Positions 22,541 through 34,784 of a DNA stretch of 64,000 bases are shown here, one piece after another; the first letter of the stretch is position 1; each line of letters begins with the position of its first letter. The translations under genes were made by a program, and so were the position numbers. The notes below the pieces were generated by a model. That model did not search any database and was not told the DNA's origin. It saw only the letters and a program-made list of their open reading frames with translations. The DNA is taken from positions 22,568,001 to 22,632,000 of the forward strand of contig CM069138.1 of assembly GCA_035221665.1 (NCBI GenBank). Direction: 5' to 3'. Origin of the DNA: Okamejei kenojei (taxonomy: Eukaryota).

Positions 22541-23443
22541 GAACATCGTTGATGAATTTCAACATAGAAACATAGAAAATAGGTGCAGGAGGAGGCCATT
22601 CGGCCCTTCGAGCCAGCACCGCCATTCATTGTGATCATGGCTGATCGTCCGCTATCAATAACCCATGCCTTCCTTCTCCCCATATCCCTTGCTCCACTAG
22701 CCCCTAGAGCTCCATACAACTCTCTCTTAAATCCATCCAGTGATTTGGCCTCCACTACCCTCTGTGGCAGGGAATTCCATAAATTCCCAACTCTCTGGGT
22801 AAAAAAGTTTTTTCTCACCTCAGTCTTAAATATCCTCCCCATTATTCTAAGACTATGGCACCTGGTTCTGGACTCATCCAACATTGGGAACATGTTTCCT
22901 GCATCTAGGTTGTCCAGTCCTTTTATAATTTTATATGTTTCTATAAGATCCCCCACATCTTTCTAAACTCCAGTGAATACATGCCTAGTATTTTCAATCT
23001 TTCATCATATGACAGTCCCACCATCGCAGGGATTAATCTTGTGTACCCTACGCAGCACTGTCTCAATCACAAGGATGTCCTTCCTCAAATTAGGAGAACA
23101 AAACTGTACACAATACACCTGATGTGGTCTCACCAGAGCCCTATACAACTGCAGAAGAACCCCTTTACTCCTGTACTGAAATCCTCTTGTTATGAAGGCC
23201 AACATTCCATTAGCTTTCTTCACTGCCTGCTGTACCTGCATGCCAACTTTCAGTGACTGGTGTACAAGGACACCCAGGTCTCGCTGTACCTCCCCCTTAC
23301 CTAACCTAACCCCATTGAGATAATAATCTGCCCCCTTGTTTTTTCCACCAAAGTGAATAACCTCACATTTATCTATATTATACTGCATCTGCCACGCATC
23401 TGCCCACTCACTCAACCTGTCCAGGTCCCCCTGCAACCTCCTA

Positions 23444-26400
23444 TAACCATATAACCATATAACAATTACAGTATGGCAACAGGCCCTCTTGGTCCTTCCA
23501 GTCCGTGCCGACCATTTGTTTTCCCCTAGTCCCATCTACCTGCACTCAGACCATACTCCTCCATTCCCTTCCCGTCCATATACCTATCCACTTTACTTTT
23601 AAATGTTAAAATCGATCCTGCCTCCACCACTTCTGCTGGAAGCTCATTCCACACAGCCACCATTCTTTGAGTAAAGAAGTTCCCCCTCACGTTACCCCTA
23701 AACTTCTGTCCCTTAATTCTCATGTCATGCCCTCTTGTTTGAATCTTCCCTACCCTCAATGGGAAAAGCTTATCCACGTCAAATCTGTCTATCCCTTTCA
23801 TCATTTTAAAGACCTCAATCAAGTCCCCCCTTAACCTTCTGCGCTCCAAAGAATAAAGACCTAACTTGTTCAACCTTTCTCTGTAACATAGTTGCTGGCA
23901 CCCAGGCAACATTCTAGTAAATCTCCTCTGTACTCTCTCTATTTTGTTGACATCCTTCCTATAATTAGGCAACCAAAATTGTACACCATACTCCAGAATT
24001 GGTCTTACCAATGCCTTGTACAATTTTAACATTACTTCCCTACTATATTCAATGCTCTGATTCATAAAGTCCAGCACACCAAAGGCTTCCTTTACCACTC
24101 TATCTACATGCGATTCCACCTTCAGGGAACTATGCACAGTTATTCCTAGATCTCTCTGTTCCACAACATTCCTCAATTCCCTACCATTTACCATGTGCGT
24201 CCTATTTGGATTTGTCCTGCCAAGATGTAGCACTTCATACTTATCAGCATTAAACTCCATCTGCCATCTTTCAGCCCACTTTTCCAAATGGCCCAAATCT
24301 CTCTGTAGACTTTGAAAATCTACTTCATTATCCACAACACCACCTATCTTAGAATCATCTGCATACTTACTTATCCAATTTTCCACCCCATCATCCAGAT
24401 CATTGATGTACATGTCAACCAACAGTGGACCCAACACAGATTCCTGAGGCACCCCACTGGTCACCGGCTTCCAACCTGACAAACAGCCATCCACCATTAC
24501 TCTCTGACATCTCCCATTCAGCCACTGTTGAATCCATCTTGCTACTCCGCCATTAACACCCAAAGATTGAACCTTCTTAACCAACCTTCCATGGGGAACC
24601 TTGTCAAAGGCCTTACCGAAATCCATATAGACAACATCCACTGCTTTACCCTCATCAATTTCCCTAGTTACCGCTTCAAAAAATTCAAGAAGGTTTGTCA
24701 ATCATGACCTTCCAGGCACAAATCCATGTTGACTGTTCCTGATCAGACCCTGTTTATCCAGATGCTTATATATATTATCTCTAAGTATCCTTTCCATTAA
24801 TTTGCCCATCACTGATGTCAAACTAACAGGTCTATAATTGCTAGGTTTATTCTTTGAACCCTTTTTAAACAATGGAACAACATACGCAGTACGCCAATCC
24901 TCCGGCACTATTCCCATTTCTAATGACATTTGAAATATTTCTGTCATAGCTCCTGCTATTTCTACACTAACTTCCCTCAATGTCCTAGGGAATATCCAGT
25001 CAGGACCTTATCCACTTTTATATTTTTCAAAAGTGTCAGTACTTCCTCCTCTTTGAATCTCATAGTTTCCATAGCTACTCTACTTTTTCCCCTTACCTCA
25101 CAGAGTTCAATATCCTTCTCCTTGGTGAATACCGAAGAAAATAAATTGTTCACTATCTCCCCCATCTCTTTTGGCTCTGCAGATAGCTGTCCATTCTGGC
25201 TCTCTAATGGTCCAATTTTATCCCTCGTATTCCTTTTGCTATTAATATAGCTGTAGAAACCCTTTGGATTTACTTTCACCTTTCTTGCCAAAGCAACCTC
25301 GTATCTTCTTTTAGCTTTCCTAATTTCTTTCTTAAGATTCTTTTTACATTCTTTATACTCCTCTAGCACCTCATTTACTCCATGCCTCCTATAAATATTG
25401 TAGATATCTCTCTTTTTTCGAAACAAGTGTCCAATTTCCCTTGAAAACCATGGCTCTTTCCAATTTTTACTATTTCCTTTCAACCTAACAGGGACATAAA
25501 GATTCTGTACTCCCCTTTAAATGTCCTCCATTTCTCTTCTACATCATCATCATATTTCCAGGTCAATCCAGGCTCTAAGTTCATCCACCTTTCTTACAAT
25601 GCTCCTAGCATTAAAATATACACATTTTAGAAACCCACCATCCCTTATTCTCTGTCTATTATCTTTTTCCTCTTTCTCGCCTACATTTTGGGTCCGAGTA
25701 CTTCCCTTCTCTGCCTCTTGCCCCACACCCTGTCCCCTAGCACCCTCTACCCGAGTCCCTCCCCCCAGCCTTTCTAGTTTAAAGTCTCCCCAGTAGCCTT
25801 TGCAAATCTCTCTGCCAGGAAATTGGTCCCCCTCGGGTTCAAGTGCAACCCGTCCTTTTTGTACAGATCATGCCTTCCCCAAAAGAGGTCCCAGTGATCA
25901 AGAAACTTGAATCCCTGCCCACTGCACCAGTCCCTCAGCCACGCATTTATCCACCACCTCATTCCATTCCTACTCTCACTGTCACGCGGCACAGGCAGTA
26001 ATCCTGAAATCATTACCCTTTTTGTCCTTCTCCTTAACTTTCCCCCCAACTCCCTAAATTCTCCCTTCAGGACCTCGTCTCTTTTTCTGCCTATGTCATT
26101 GGTACCTATGTGTACCACAACATCAGGCTCCTCTCCCTCTCTTTTCAGAATCTTTTGGACGCGTTCCGACACATGCGAGACCCTGGCACCTGGGAGGCAA
26201 ACTACCATCCGGGTCACCCGACTGCGTCCACAGAATCGCCCATTCGAACCCCTAACTATAGAGTCCCCTATTACAATTGCCCTGCTCTTTTTGCTCCCCT
26301 TCTGAGCATCAGGGCCGGTCTCTGTGCCGGAGACCCGGCCGCTGTTGCTGCCCCCAGGTAGGCTGTCCCCTCCAATCGTACTCAAACCCGAGTACCTATT

Positions 26401-27035
26401 TTCCAGGTGTACAGTCACAGGGGTACTCTCTAGCCCCTGCCTCTGCCCCTTGCCCTTCCTAACCATGATCCACTTGTCTGCCTCCTGTAGTCTGGGAGTG
26501 ACTACCTCCCTGTAGCTCCTCTCTATGACCTCCTCACTCTCACAGACCAGACGGAGGTCATCGAGCTGCTGCTCCAGGTTCCTAACACAGTCCTTTAGGA
26601 GCCCCATCTCGACACACCTGGCGCAGATGTGGACGTCTGGAGGGCTATCAGATTCCCTGACCTCCCACATCTGACATCCAGAAAAGTACACTGCCCTGGC
26701 CTTCATACTCCCCCCTTATACAGGATACAATATCAACACAATACAAAATCACTACATACTGCTGAAATCTGATCGCCAATCAGCTGCTTACCCTAGTCCA
26801 CTTCCCACCAATCAGCGGCTTCCTCAAAAAAAACACTTCTCCGAATGGAACGTTATGGATTTCGGTAAGCCCCGCACTGAATTTTTAAGCATACCGGTCG
26901 GGTGTCGCTCCTCCCCTCCTTCTCTTCCAATGGCTCCTGTGGGCCTCTGAGAAAACCAAGCCCCGTGCTGGATTTTTAATCTTACCGGTCGGGTGTCTCT
27001 CCTCCCCCTCCTTCTCTTCCAACGGCTCCTGTGGG
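23444..27035 (-). mobile_element. CR1 LINE (inner, near full length) with SGNH-esterase ORF1 and ORF2 lacking most of the endonuclease
   Basis: ORF1 25774-26706; ORF2 pieces 23526-25483 (YADD, AFDKVPH); (ATATGGTT)n tail at about 23444-23465; tandem ~90-bp units in the 5' UTR (26880-27038). Confidence 0.88.
25774..26706 (-). CDS. CR1 ORF1p, zinc-finger/coiled-coil plus SGNH (GDSL) esterase
   Basis: CxxC, leucine-rich coil, IGDSIVR, HIGTND, DGLHL blocks; 310-aa open frame. Confidence 0.85.
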   Translation of the reverse strand: MKARAVYFSGCQMWEVRESDSPPDVHICARCVEMGLLKDCVRNLEQQLDDLRLVCESEEVIERSYREVVTPRLQEADKWIMVRKGKGQRQGLESTPVTVHLENRYSGLSTIGGDSLPGGSNSGRVSGTETGPDAQKGSKKSRAIVIGDSIVRGSNGRFCGRSRVTRMVVCLPGARVSHVSERVQKILKREGEEPDVVVHIGTNDIGRKRDEVLKGEFRELGGKLRRRTKRVMISGLLPVPRDSESRNGMRWWINAWLRDWCSGQGFKFLDHWDLFWGRHDLYKKDGLHLNPRGTNFLAERFAKATGETLN

Positions 27036-28599
27036 CCTCTAACATCCTCTTCACAGTTCACACTGCCATCCAGCTTTGTGTCATCCGCAAACTTGCTAGT
27101 GTTGCTCCTAATTCCCTCTTCCAAATCATTAATATATATATAGTAAACAGTTGTGGCCCCAACACCGAGCCTTGCAGCACTCCACTCACCACTGCCTGCC
27201 ATTCTGAAAAGGACCCGTTCACTCCTACTCTTTGCTTCCGGTCTGCCAACCAATTCTATCCATGTCAACACCCTACCCCCAATACCATGTGCTCTAATTT
27301 TAGTCACCAGTCTCCCGTGCGGGACCTTATCAAAGGCTTCCTGAAAGTCTAGATACACAACACCCACTGGCACCCCTTCATCCAAGTTACTTGTCACATC
27401 CTCAAAAAATTCCAGAATATTAGTCAAGCATGATTTCCCTTTCATAAATCCATGTTGACTTGGACTAATCCCTTTACTGCTATCCAAATGCTCCATTATT
27501 ACCTCTTTAATAATTGACTTCAGCATCTTTCCCACCACCCGTCAGGCTAACTGGTCTGTAATTCCCCGTTTTCTCTCTCGCTCCTTTCTTAAAAAGTGGG
27601 AGAACATTAGCTATCCTCCAATCCACAGCAACTGATCCAGAATCTATTGAACATTGGAAAATGATCACCAATGCTTCACTATTTCTAGAGCCACCTCCCT
27701 GAGGACCCTGGGATGCAGACCATCAGGCCCAGGGGAGTTATCATCCTTCAGTCCCATTAGCCTACTCAATACTATTTCTCGCCTAATGAAAATTTCTTTC
27801 AGTTCCTCTACCCCCTTAGATCTTCTGTCCTCCAGTACATCTGGGAGATTGTTGGTGTCCTCCTTAGTGAAGACAGATCCGAAGTAGCTATTCTACTCTT
27901 CTGCCATTTCCTTGTTGCCCATAATTATTTCACCCGTGTCTGCCTTCAAGGGACCCACATTTGACTTTGCTACTCTTTTTCCCTTAACATATCTAAAGAA
28001 GCTTTTACTGTCCTTATTTATATTCCTGGCCAGCTTCCCCTCGTACTTCATCTTTTCAGCCCGTATTGCCCATTCCACTCAATCCACAGTGACTCTACCT
28101 CGTCAGTCCGTATGTCTTCCCTCGCAAGGAACTGAATTACATCCCTCACCAGCAGAGCTACCCCACCTCCTCTGCCCACCTGCCTGTCCTTTCTATAGGA
28201 TGTATAACCCTGAATATTAAGTTCCCAGGCCCGATCCTCCTGCAGCCACGTCTCAGTAATCCCCACAATGTCATATTTACCAACCGCTAACTGAGCCTCA
28301 AGCTCATCTACTTTACTTCTTACACTTCGCGCATTCATATACAATACTTTTAATTCCTGACGCATCTCACCTTTCACATCGATTCCTATTACACTTGGCC
28401 ATACTCTCCTATCCCTTTGTGAGCTTCCTTTCCCGTTAATTCTGGGATCATTAACCATCCCTTTACTCTCTTTCCCTTTAACTCCATCGTCGACTATCTC
28501 ATTTGACACCCCACCCCCCTTATTCAGTTTAACACCACCTCTGTAGCAGTGGGAACACACAACTGGGACCGGCCTGTTTGGTGAACCCCCATAAATATT

Positions 28600-28770
28600 G
28601 GTGCTCGTTCATAAGTGGAAGCTCGATTGGAGGAAACGAAGAAAAGAGAATCTCAAAATCGATGGTCCACTGATGCCACAGCATCCCTATACCCTTATCA
28701 GGTGTGTGGAAGGAATGTTCAATCCCAGATTGTTCTAATCAAGCATCTCCATACACATTGCATTATGAGG
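28600..28770 (+). mobile_element. Degenerate RTE-clade LINE 3' end
   Basis: Reads RKRRKE...CGRNVQSQIVLIKHLHTH, resembling the RTE C-terminal C2H2-like motif. Confidence 0.45.
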
Positions 28771-29317
28771 GACGAGTGTCAAAGACTTACTTGAGAACGG
28801 GTGATGAAGAACAATGTTTAAGACTCTTGTCAGTACTGCCTAGAATCTACTGAGTGGCTGAGTCTACAGCAGGAGCCTGTGACACGCCTGTGCGGAACAC
28901 TTACTCCAAATGTGTATGCCGGAACTGCAGATACTGGTTTAAACCGAAGACAGACACAAAAAGCTGGAGTAACTCAGCGGGACTGGCAACATCACTGGAA
29001 AGAAGGGTCTCCACCCAAAACGTAGAAAAGGGTCTCGACCCGAAACGTAGGAAGAAGGGTCTCAACCTGAAACAACATCCATTCCTTCTCTCCAGAGATG
29101 CTGCCTGTCCCGCTGAGTCACTCCATCTATTTGTGTCCATCTTCACACCTTCTCCAACGGTGAGAGTCCCTGCACCGCACTGTTCTTCACTGGTCTCTAA
29201 CATGGGCTTGACTTTGAGAGTTGAATCCTGTAGTCTGTTTCATCTGAGGTTTAACGAATGGTGGAAGGCACTGAGCTCAGAGATCAGCCGTGAGCTCATT
29301 TGTGAGATAAGCAGAGA

Positions 29318-29612
29318 TAGCAGTACGCTGCACGGCCGGTAGAGCTGCTGCCTCACAGCACAACAGACCCAGGTTCAATACTGACATTGGATGATGTCTG
29401 TGTGGAGTTTGCACATTCTCCCTGTGACCTCCAGTGCTCCGGTTTCCTACCACAACCCAAAAACGGTTAATGTTTGGAGGTTAAATTGGCCTTAGTTTGC
29501 AGGGATATGAATGTGGGATGACATAGAACTAGAATGAACAGATGATCAATGGTTGGCGTGGACTCTGTGGGCCAATAGTTTCCATGATCTATTTTTCAAT
29601 TCAATTCAATCC
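29318..29612 (+). mobile_element. tRNA-derived SINE
   Basis: ggtagagctgctgcctcacagc...ggttcaatac (B-box like); (TCAAT)n tail. Confidence 0.7.
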
Positions 29613-29859
29613 AGGCTGCGGGGCTGAATAATTTGTCGACTCTTGCTCTGCATCTCATAGTCTGTCATCTTACTCTGTGCTGAGCTCTGAAGACTGGTTT
29701 GGCCCATCCACCTCGAATGCAGCCTCTGCTTCCTAAGCTGGACTTCAACCCATTGTTTTGCCCATTAACACATGTCTGTCATTAGCTCACTCTGCTCCGG
29801 ACGAAATTTCCAGAGTCACCGGCAGAGTAGACAAAGCACACCCTAATCCTGGGTACCAG

Positions 29860-32230
29860 AGCTGGGCAAGTGACTGATGTGTCAGTGGGAAGCACTTTGG
29901 GACTAGTGACAATAGGTCTATTAGTTTTTAAATAGTTATGGAAAAGAATAAAACTGGTGTAGAATTTAAAGTTATAAATTGAGATAAGCTGAATTCTGAT
30001 GATATTAGACAGGCGCTTGCAAGCGTTGACTGGAGGAGATTGTTTGGGGATTTTTAAAAATAAATAAGATAGTGAGTTCAAAGTCTGCATGCTCCCGTTA
30101 GAGTGAAGAGGACGGCAGGCAGGAGGAGTGATCGTTGGGCAGCTCGGATCAAGAGAATCCCTGGAGGAATGTACAGGAAGCAGGAGTTTGACTTTCACAT
30201 TGAAAGATAGAACCCTGGGGAGTATTATAGATCAGAAGGATCTACAAACATAAGTACAGTACATGGTTCCCTGTAAGTAGCATAGCAGTTACATAGGGTG
30301 GTAAAGAAGATGTTTGGCATGCTGGGCTCTGAATATAGAAGTTGGGATGTTATGTTGTAGTTTTACAAGACACTTGGAGTATTGTGTTCAGTTTAGATCG
30401 CCCTGCTATAGAAATTATGCTATGAAGCTTGGTAGAGTGTAGACAGGATTTAAGAGGATATGGCTAGGACTGGAGGGACTGAGTTATAGGAAGAGCTTGG
30501 CAGGCTGGTATTAAATTCCTCTGAGCTTAGGAGACCAAGCGGTGATTTTATAGAGGTGCATAAAATCATGAAGAAAGTAGATAGGATGATTGCATCCAAT
30601 CTTTTTCCCAGTGAAGGCAAATCCAGAACTAAGGAAATAGATTTAAGGCGAGACAGGAAGATCCAATAGGAACCTGAGGGGCCACTTGTGCAACACCAAT
30701 GCCATTTTAAATTCAGTGATGATACCTTTGTTATTGGAAAATAATGGATGAGCTTCGAGAAGCTGAACGTTGCTTCAGGAAGGGAAATCTAAGAGTCCAT
30801 GAACCTGACTACCTCGACAGGACAGAGGAGGAGAGAGTCCACAGCTTCATGTTCCAGAGCATACTCACCTCTGATGATCTGTCCTGGGCCCACCACATCA
30901 ATACAATCTCAAAGAAACGCATCAAAGTCTCCACTTCCTCCAAGGTGTGAGGAGTATTTTGCTGACTACTCCATCGGGCACAGTGGAGAGCACACTGACT
31001 GGTTATATCATGGCCTTGAATGCCTAAGAATAAATGAAGTTGCAGAAAGAAGTGGACATTGTTAGGGTCATATTGGGGTCATGTTGCTTTTTCTTTTCTT
31101 TCCGCCGCCTCCCCCCACCCCCCACCCCCCATCAGTCTGAAGAAGGCTTTCGGCCCAAAACGTTGCCTATCTTTTTCGGTCCATAGATGCTGCTGCACCC
31201 GCTGAGTTTCTCCAGCATTTTGTGTACCATTGTTGGGGTCATTATAGATACTAACCTATAGACAATAGACGATAGGTGCAGGAGTAGGCTATTTGGCCCT
31301 TCAAGCCAGCACCACCATTCACTGTGATCATGGCTGATCATCCACATTCAGTACCCCGTTCCTGCCTTCTCACCATATCCCCTGACACTGCTATCTTTAA
31401 GAGCTCTATCTAACTCTGTCTTGAAAGCATCCAGAGGATAGGCTTCCACTGCCTTCTGAGGCAGAGAATTTCACAGAATCACAACTCTCTGAGTGATAAA
31501 GTTTTTCCTCATCTCCATTCTAAATAGCCTACCCCTTATTCTTGAACTGTATCCCTGGTTCTGGACTCCCTCAACATCAGGAACCTCCCAGATGTTAAAG
31601 TGATGTACAGGAACGGCTGCTTCCAGAAGGCAGTTAGTATCATCAGGGACTACTGGATGCTCTATTTTACAGAGACATGGCTCCTCCTGCCTCACTTGAT
31701 TGTGCCATTCAACCTGAGGGCTTCTCACGACTCGGGAAGATTAAAGTTGGATCATCTAAAGTTGATTAAAAGTTGATTAAAGAAGGTTACTTTTTAATTA
31801 ATCCCGCCTGGTGGCTTGGACGTGACTGTCCTGGTGAGCTCCTGCTCCCCAGAACTGGAATCTCTGACAGTGAAGTGTTTTCCTTACTATCCCTACTGTG
31901 GGAATTCACTTAGGCTCTCCTGATAACAGTCCACATCCCACCCCAGGATGATGGTAGGTTTGCATGAGGAACATCACACTGTCACCAACAGCCTTGAAAC
32001 GGTATCGCGAGGATGTGTTCAGATAATTGTCTGGGACTTCAAAATATTATCAGCAAGTTTCCTGCCCAACCAGAGGCCCTTGAACACTGCTGCACAACCA
32101 TAAAGATGCTTACTGTTCCATTCCTAGACCACACTTCAGTAAATCTGATCACCTGGCTGTGTTTTTACTTCTTACTTACAAGCGGACTTACAAACTTACA
32201 AACAAAAGGAGTCTGGGCGACATCTACAAG
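29860..32230. mobile_element. Mixed old LINE fragments (CR1, Rex1-like, short PLE-derived repeat)
   Basis: CR1-like + strand remnants about 29860-30690; CR1 3' tail on minus 31255-31585; Rex1-like endonuclease words (FTETWL, VHIPP) about 31650-31950. Confidence 0.55.
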
Positions 32231-32383
32231 TCTCTCCAATTCTTGGGATTTATTGTTTTTTAAGCTCATTAAAACTCTCCGATACATTTCTTCACCAGTA
32301 CTGATTTTATTTGCCTCCTTGCCCAGGAATTAATGTCTGATGCTGTCTTTGAGTAAGTTAAGTTACATTTTGTAAGTCCCAAA

Positions 32384-32690
32384 CTTTAGTTTAGTTTAGT
32401 TTACAGATATACTGTGGAATGGAAACAGACCCTTCGGCCCACCGAGTCCACGCCGACCAGCGATCACCCGTACACTAATTATATACTACACACTCAGGAC
32501 AATTTATAGAAGCCAATTAACCTACCAACCTGCACGTCCTTGGGATGAGGGAGGAAACCGGAGCACCTGGAGGAAACCCGCATATTCCCAGGGGGAACGT
32601 GCAAACTCCATACAGCCAGCACTCATAGTCAGAATGAAACACGGGTCTGTGGTGCTGCAAGCCAGTAACTCTACCACTGCACCACTGTTT
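32384..32690 (-). mobile_element. tRNA-derived SINE
   Basis: (TTTAG)n tail at 32385-32403 and SINE body ending cagtggtgcagtggtagagtt on minus, about 60 nt upstream of the V2 acceptor. Confidence 0.75.
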
Positions 32691-32750
32691 TAAATAATTT
32701 CTAGCAACCCTTATATTCCAATGATAGCCTATTGATATCCTCCCTTAAAG

Positions 32751-33095
32751 ATGCAAATCCTCCAATCCTGATCCAATTCCCGAGGCTGGAGCGTGTCACT
32801 GAGGGTCACATGACACGGTTATGGTGCTTCATGAAGAACGCTGAAGTGGGAAACACTGATGTCCACTGGTACCGAGAACTACCCGGGCAGGAAATGGAGT
32901 GGGTTTTAACACATGAAGCAGGAGGCTGCATACGAAGGAGACCAGGCTTCACTGAGCGGTTCCAGCCATTCAAAGACGCCTCCAACAACAGCTTCATCCT
33001 GAATGTCACAAACGTGATGCTCAATGACTCTGCCGTCTATTATTGCACAGTGTGGGGAGATATCAGAGGGAATGGAACCCAGCTCGTTGTCACTG
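32751..33095 (+). CDS. Exon V2 of the same IgSF receptor: germline-joined V-J type Ig domain
   Basis: Acceptor tcctcccttaaAG (32749-50); donor G|GTAAGT at 33096; 345 nt, phase 1-1. 26/345 nt differences from V1 by manual count; same V-set motifs, ending DIRGNGTQLVVT. Confidence 0.93.
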
Positions 33096-34482
33096 GTAAG
33101 TTCAATTTACACAATACTAAACGATCTCTGTTAGTGTAGATATGGAACATGCAAGGGCTGGGACTGCAGTTTTGCAAGTTAATTTAAGGATGATTTCCGT
33201 GTTTTTTAAAATATGATGTATTCAATCTTTTGTTTTTCTGTATTTGTTTATGCTTTCTTCTAATGCATTTAACATTTAAGAAGTTCTTAGACCCTGCAAT
33301 ATTGGGCAGACAAATACATGTAGTATCATAGAGCATGGAGACAGGCCTTTCGGCCAAACTTGCCCACACTGACCAACATACCCCAACTGCATCTACTCTA
33401 TCTATACCTCTTTAAATTTTATATATTTGTCTAGGAACACACCTCAATATCTGATACTCCAAGCTTATCCAACTGTGCCTTATAGCTAACACCATTGAAT
33501 GCAGGCAGGATTGGCAGGACCCATACAACGGGATCTTGAGGTGCAAGTCCATGTCTCCCTAAAAGTGCTATTCAAGTAGGTAGGGTAATAAAAGACTACC
33601 TACAGAAAACCTGCCTTCTGTGGTCAAGGTGTTAAGTATTAAAGCCAGCAGATCATGTTGCATCTGTATAACATTTTGGTTCAGCCAAATTTGGAGAATG
33701 TCAGGCAGCATCTCTGGAGAAAAGGAATGGGTGACGTTTTGGGTCGGAGCCCTTCATCAGACACAGTAACAGTGCAAGGTCGAAACATGGGTTCTGACCC
33801 AAAACGTCAACCATCCGATTTATCCAGAGATGCTGCCTTACCCACTGACTTACTCCAGCACTTTGTGCATGTATTCGGTATAAACCAGCATTTGCAGTTC
33901 CTTTCTATACATATAGAGTGATTGCTTTGTGGATTATTTCCACTCCATCTACAGGAGTGCCCTTTAGCTTCCTGATGTCACCACTTTAATCCCCCCTCCC
34001 ACTGCTACTCTGACCTCTCTGTGTGTCACCTCTGCACTGTTACAGCGAAACCCAATTCAATCTCCAGGGTCAAATCTTGCTTACATTCAATGATTTCCAA
34101 ATGAATGCTTATTTGGTTAATTTGAATGCATTCCAATAACTGGCCAGGTAAACTCACTGGCTTGTGATCACTCGGTGCTCCCTCTTCCTTCCTTTATCAC
34201 AGTGCATTTATATCAGAATGGTCAATGAAGGTTGCAGGAACAGGATGCCTCTGGGGACTGTGCTTTATACAGTCACCAGTTGGGTCAGCTGGTGGACGCA
34301 GGTTGAATAGCAATGTTCCACCAGAAATTGGATACATTCCAGTGAGAACTTTTGCAGGACTCTGGGGAATGAGTGGGAGGAATCTTTCAATGAGCTGGCA
34401 CTGAACGATGGGCCAAGTGGCTTCCTTCTGCACTGACATTATGTTTCCCTGATGTTTAGCCAATAATGTGATTTCTTTGCAG

Positions 34483-34617
34483 TTTCTCAAACGAAGGAGA
34501 ATCAAGTTGTGGTGATGTACATTGCCTGGATCATTCTACCTTTGGTGCTGGGAGTTCTTGCTGGTACTGGAGCCATTTGTAACATCAGACGCAGAGCATC
34601 TGGAAGCCACCAGTCCT
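34483..34617 (+). CDS. Transmembrane exon of the IgSF receptor
   Basis: Acceptor atttctttgcAG (34481-82); donor T|GTATGT (34618); 135 nt, phase 1-1, in frame with V2: (V)SQTKENQ-VVVMYIAWIILPLVLGVLAGTGAIC-NIRRRASGSHQS. About 25 hydrophobic residues followed by RRR (positive-inside rule). Confidence 0.85.
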
Positions 34618-34784
34618 GTATGTGTAACTAAATCATTCAGTCTGATCCAATCGCTGTGTGGAGTTATTGAAATTGGAAAGGATGGCTCCGATTGTCAAAG
34701 AGCCGTCATTATGCTGTTGGGCAGCAAAGTGGGATTCACAGCTCTGAGGCTGCTCTTTGTGAAACCTTGTTCTCTATTTCACAG

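Larger units (their letters stand above)
22560..28550 (-). mobile_element. CR1 LINE (outer), interrupted by a second CR1 at about 23444-27035, with internal deletion near 28070
   Basis: RT C-terminus 22600-23443 resumes at about 27036 (ctaacatcctcttcac); KFADD, QHGF and LDFQEAFDKV motifs; APE start LYMNARS..ITETWL at 28048-28360. Confidence 0.85.

Noticed and set aside
16781-33139. V exons as rearranging TCR/Ig V gene segments
   Set aside because: Each already contains the J-like strand followed by a splice donor. There is no heptamer-spacer-nonamer after them and no separate J or C exons in the window.
34046-34148. Hinge exon between V2 and TM
   Set aside because: An acceptor (34044-45) and a donor-like CAG|GTAAAC exist, but the phase-1 frame hits a stop before the donor.
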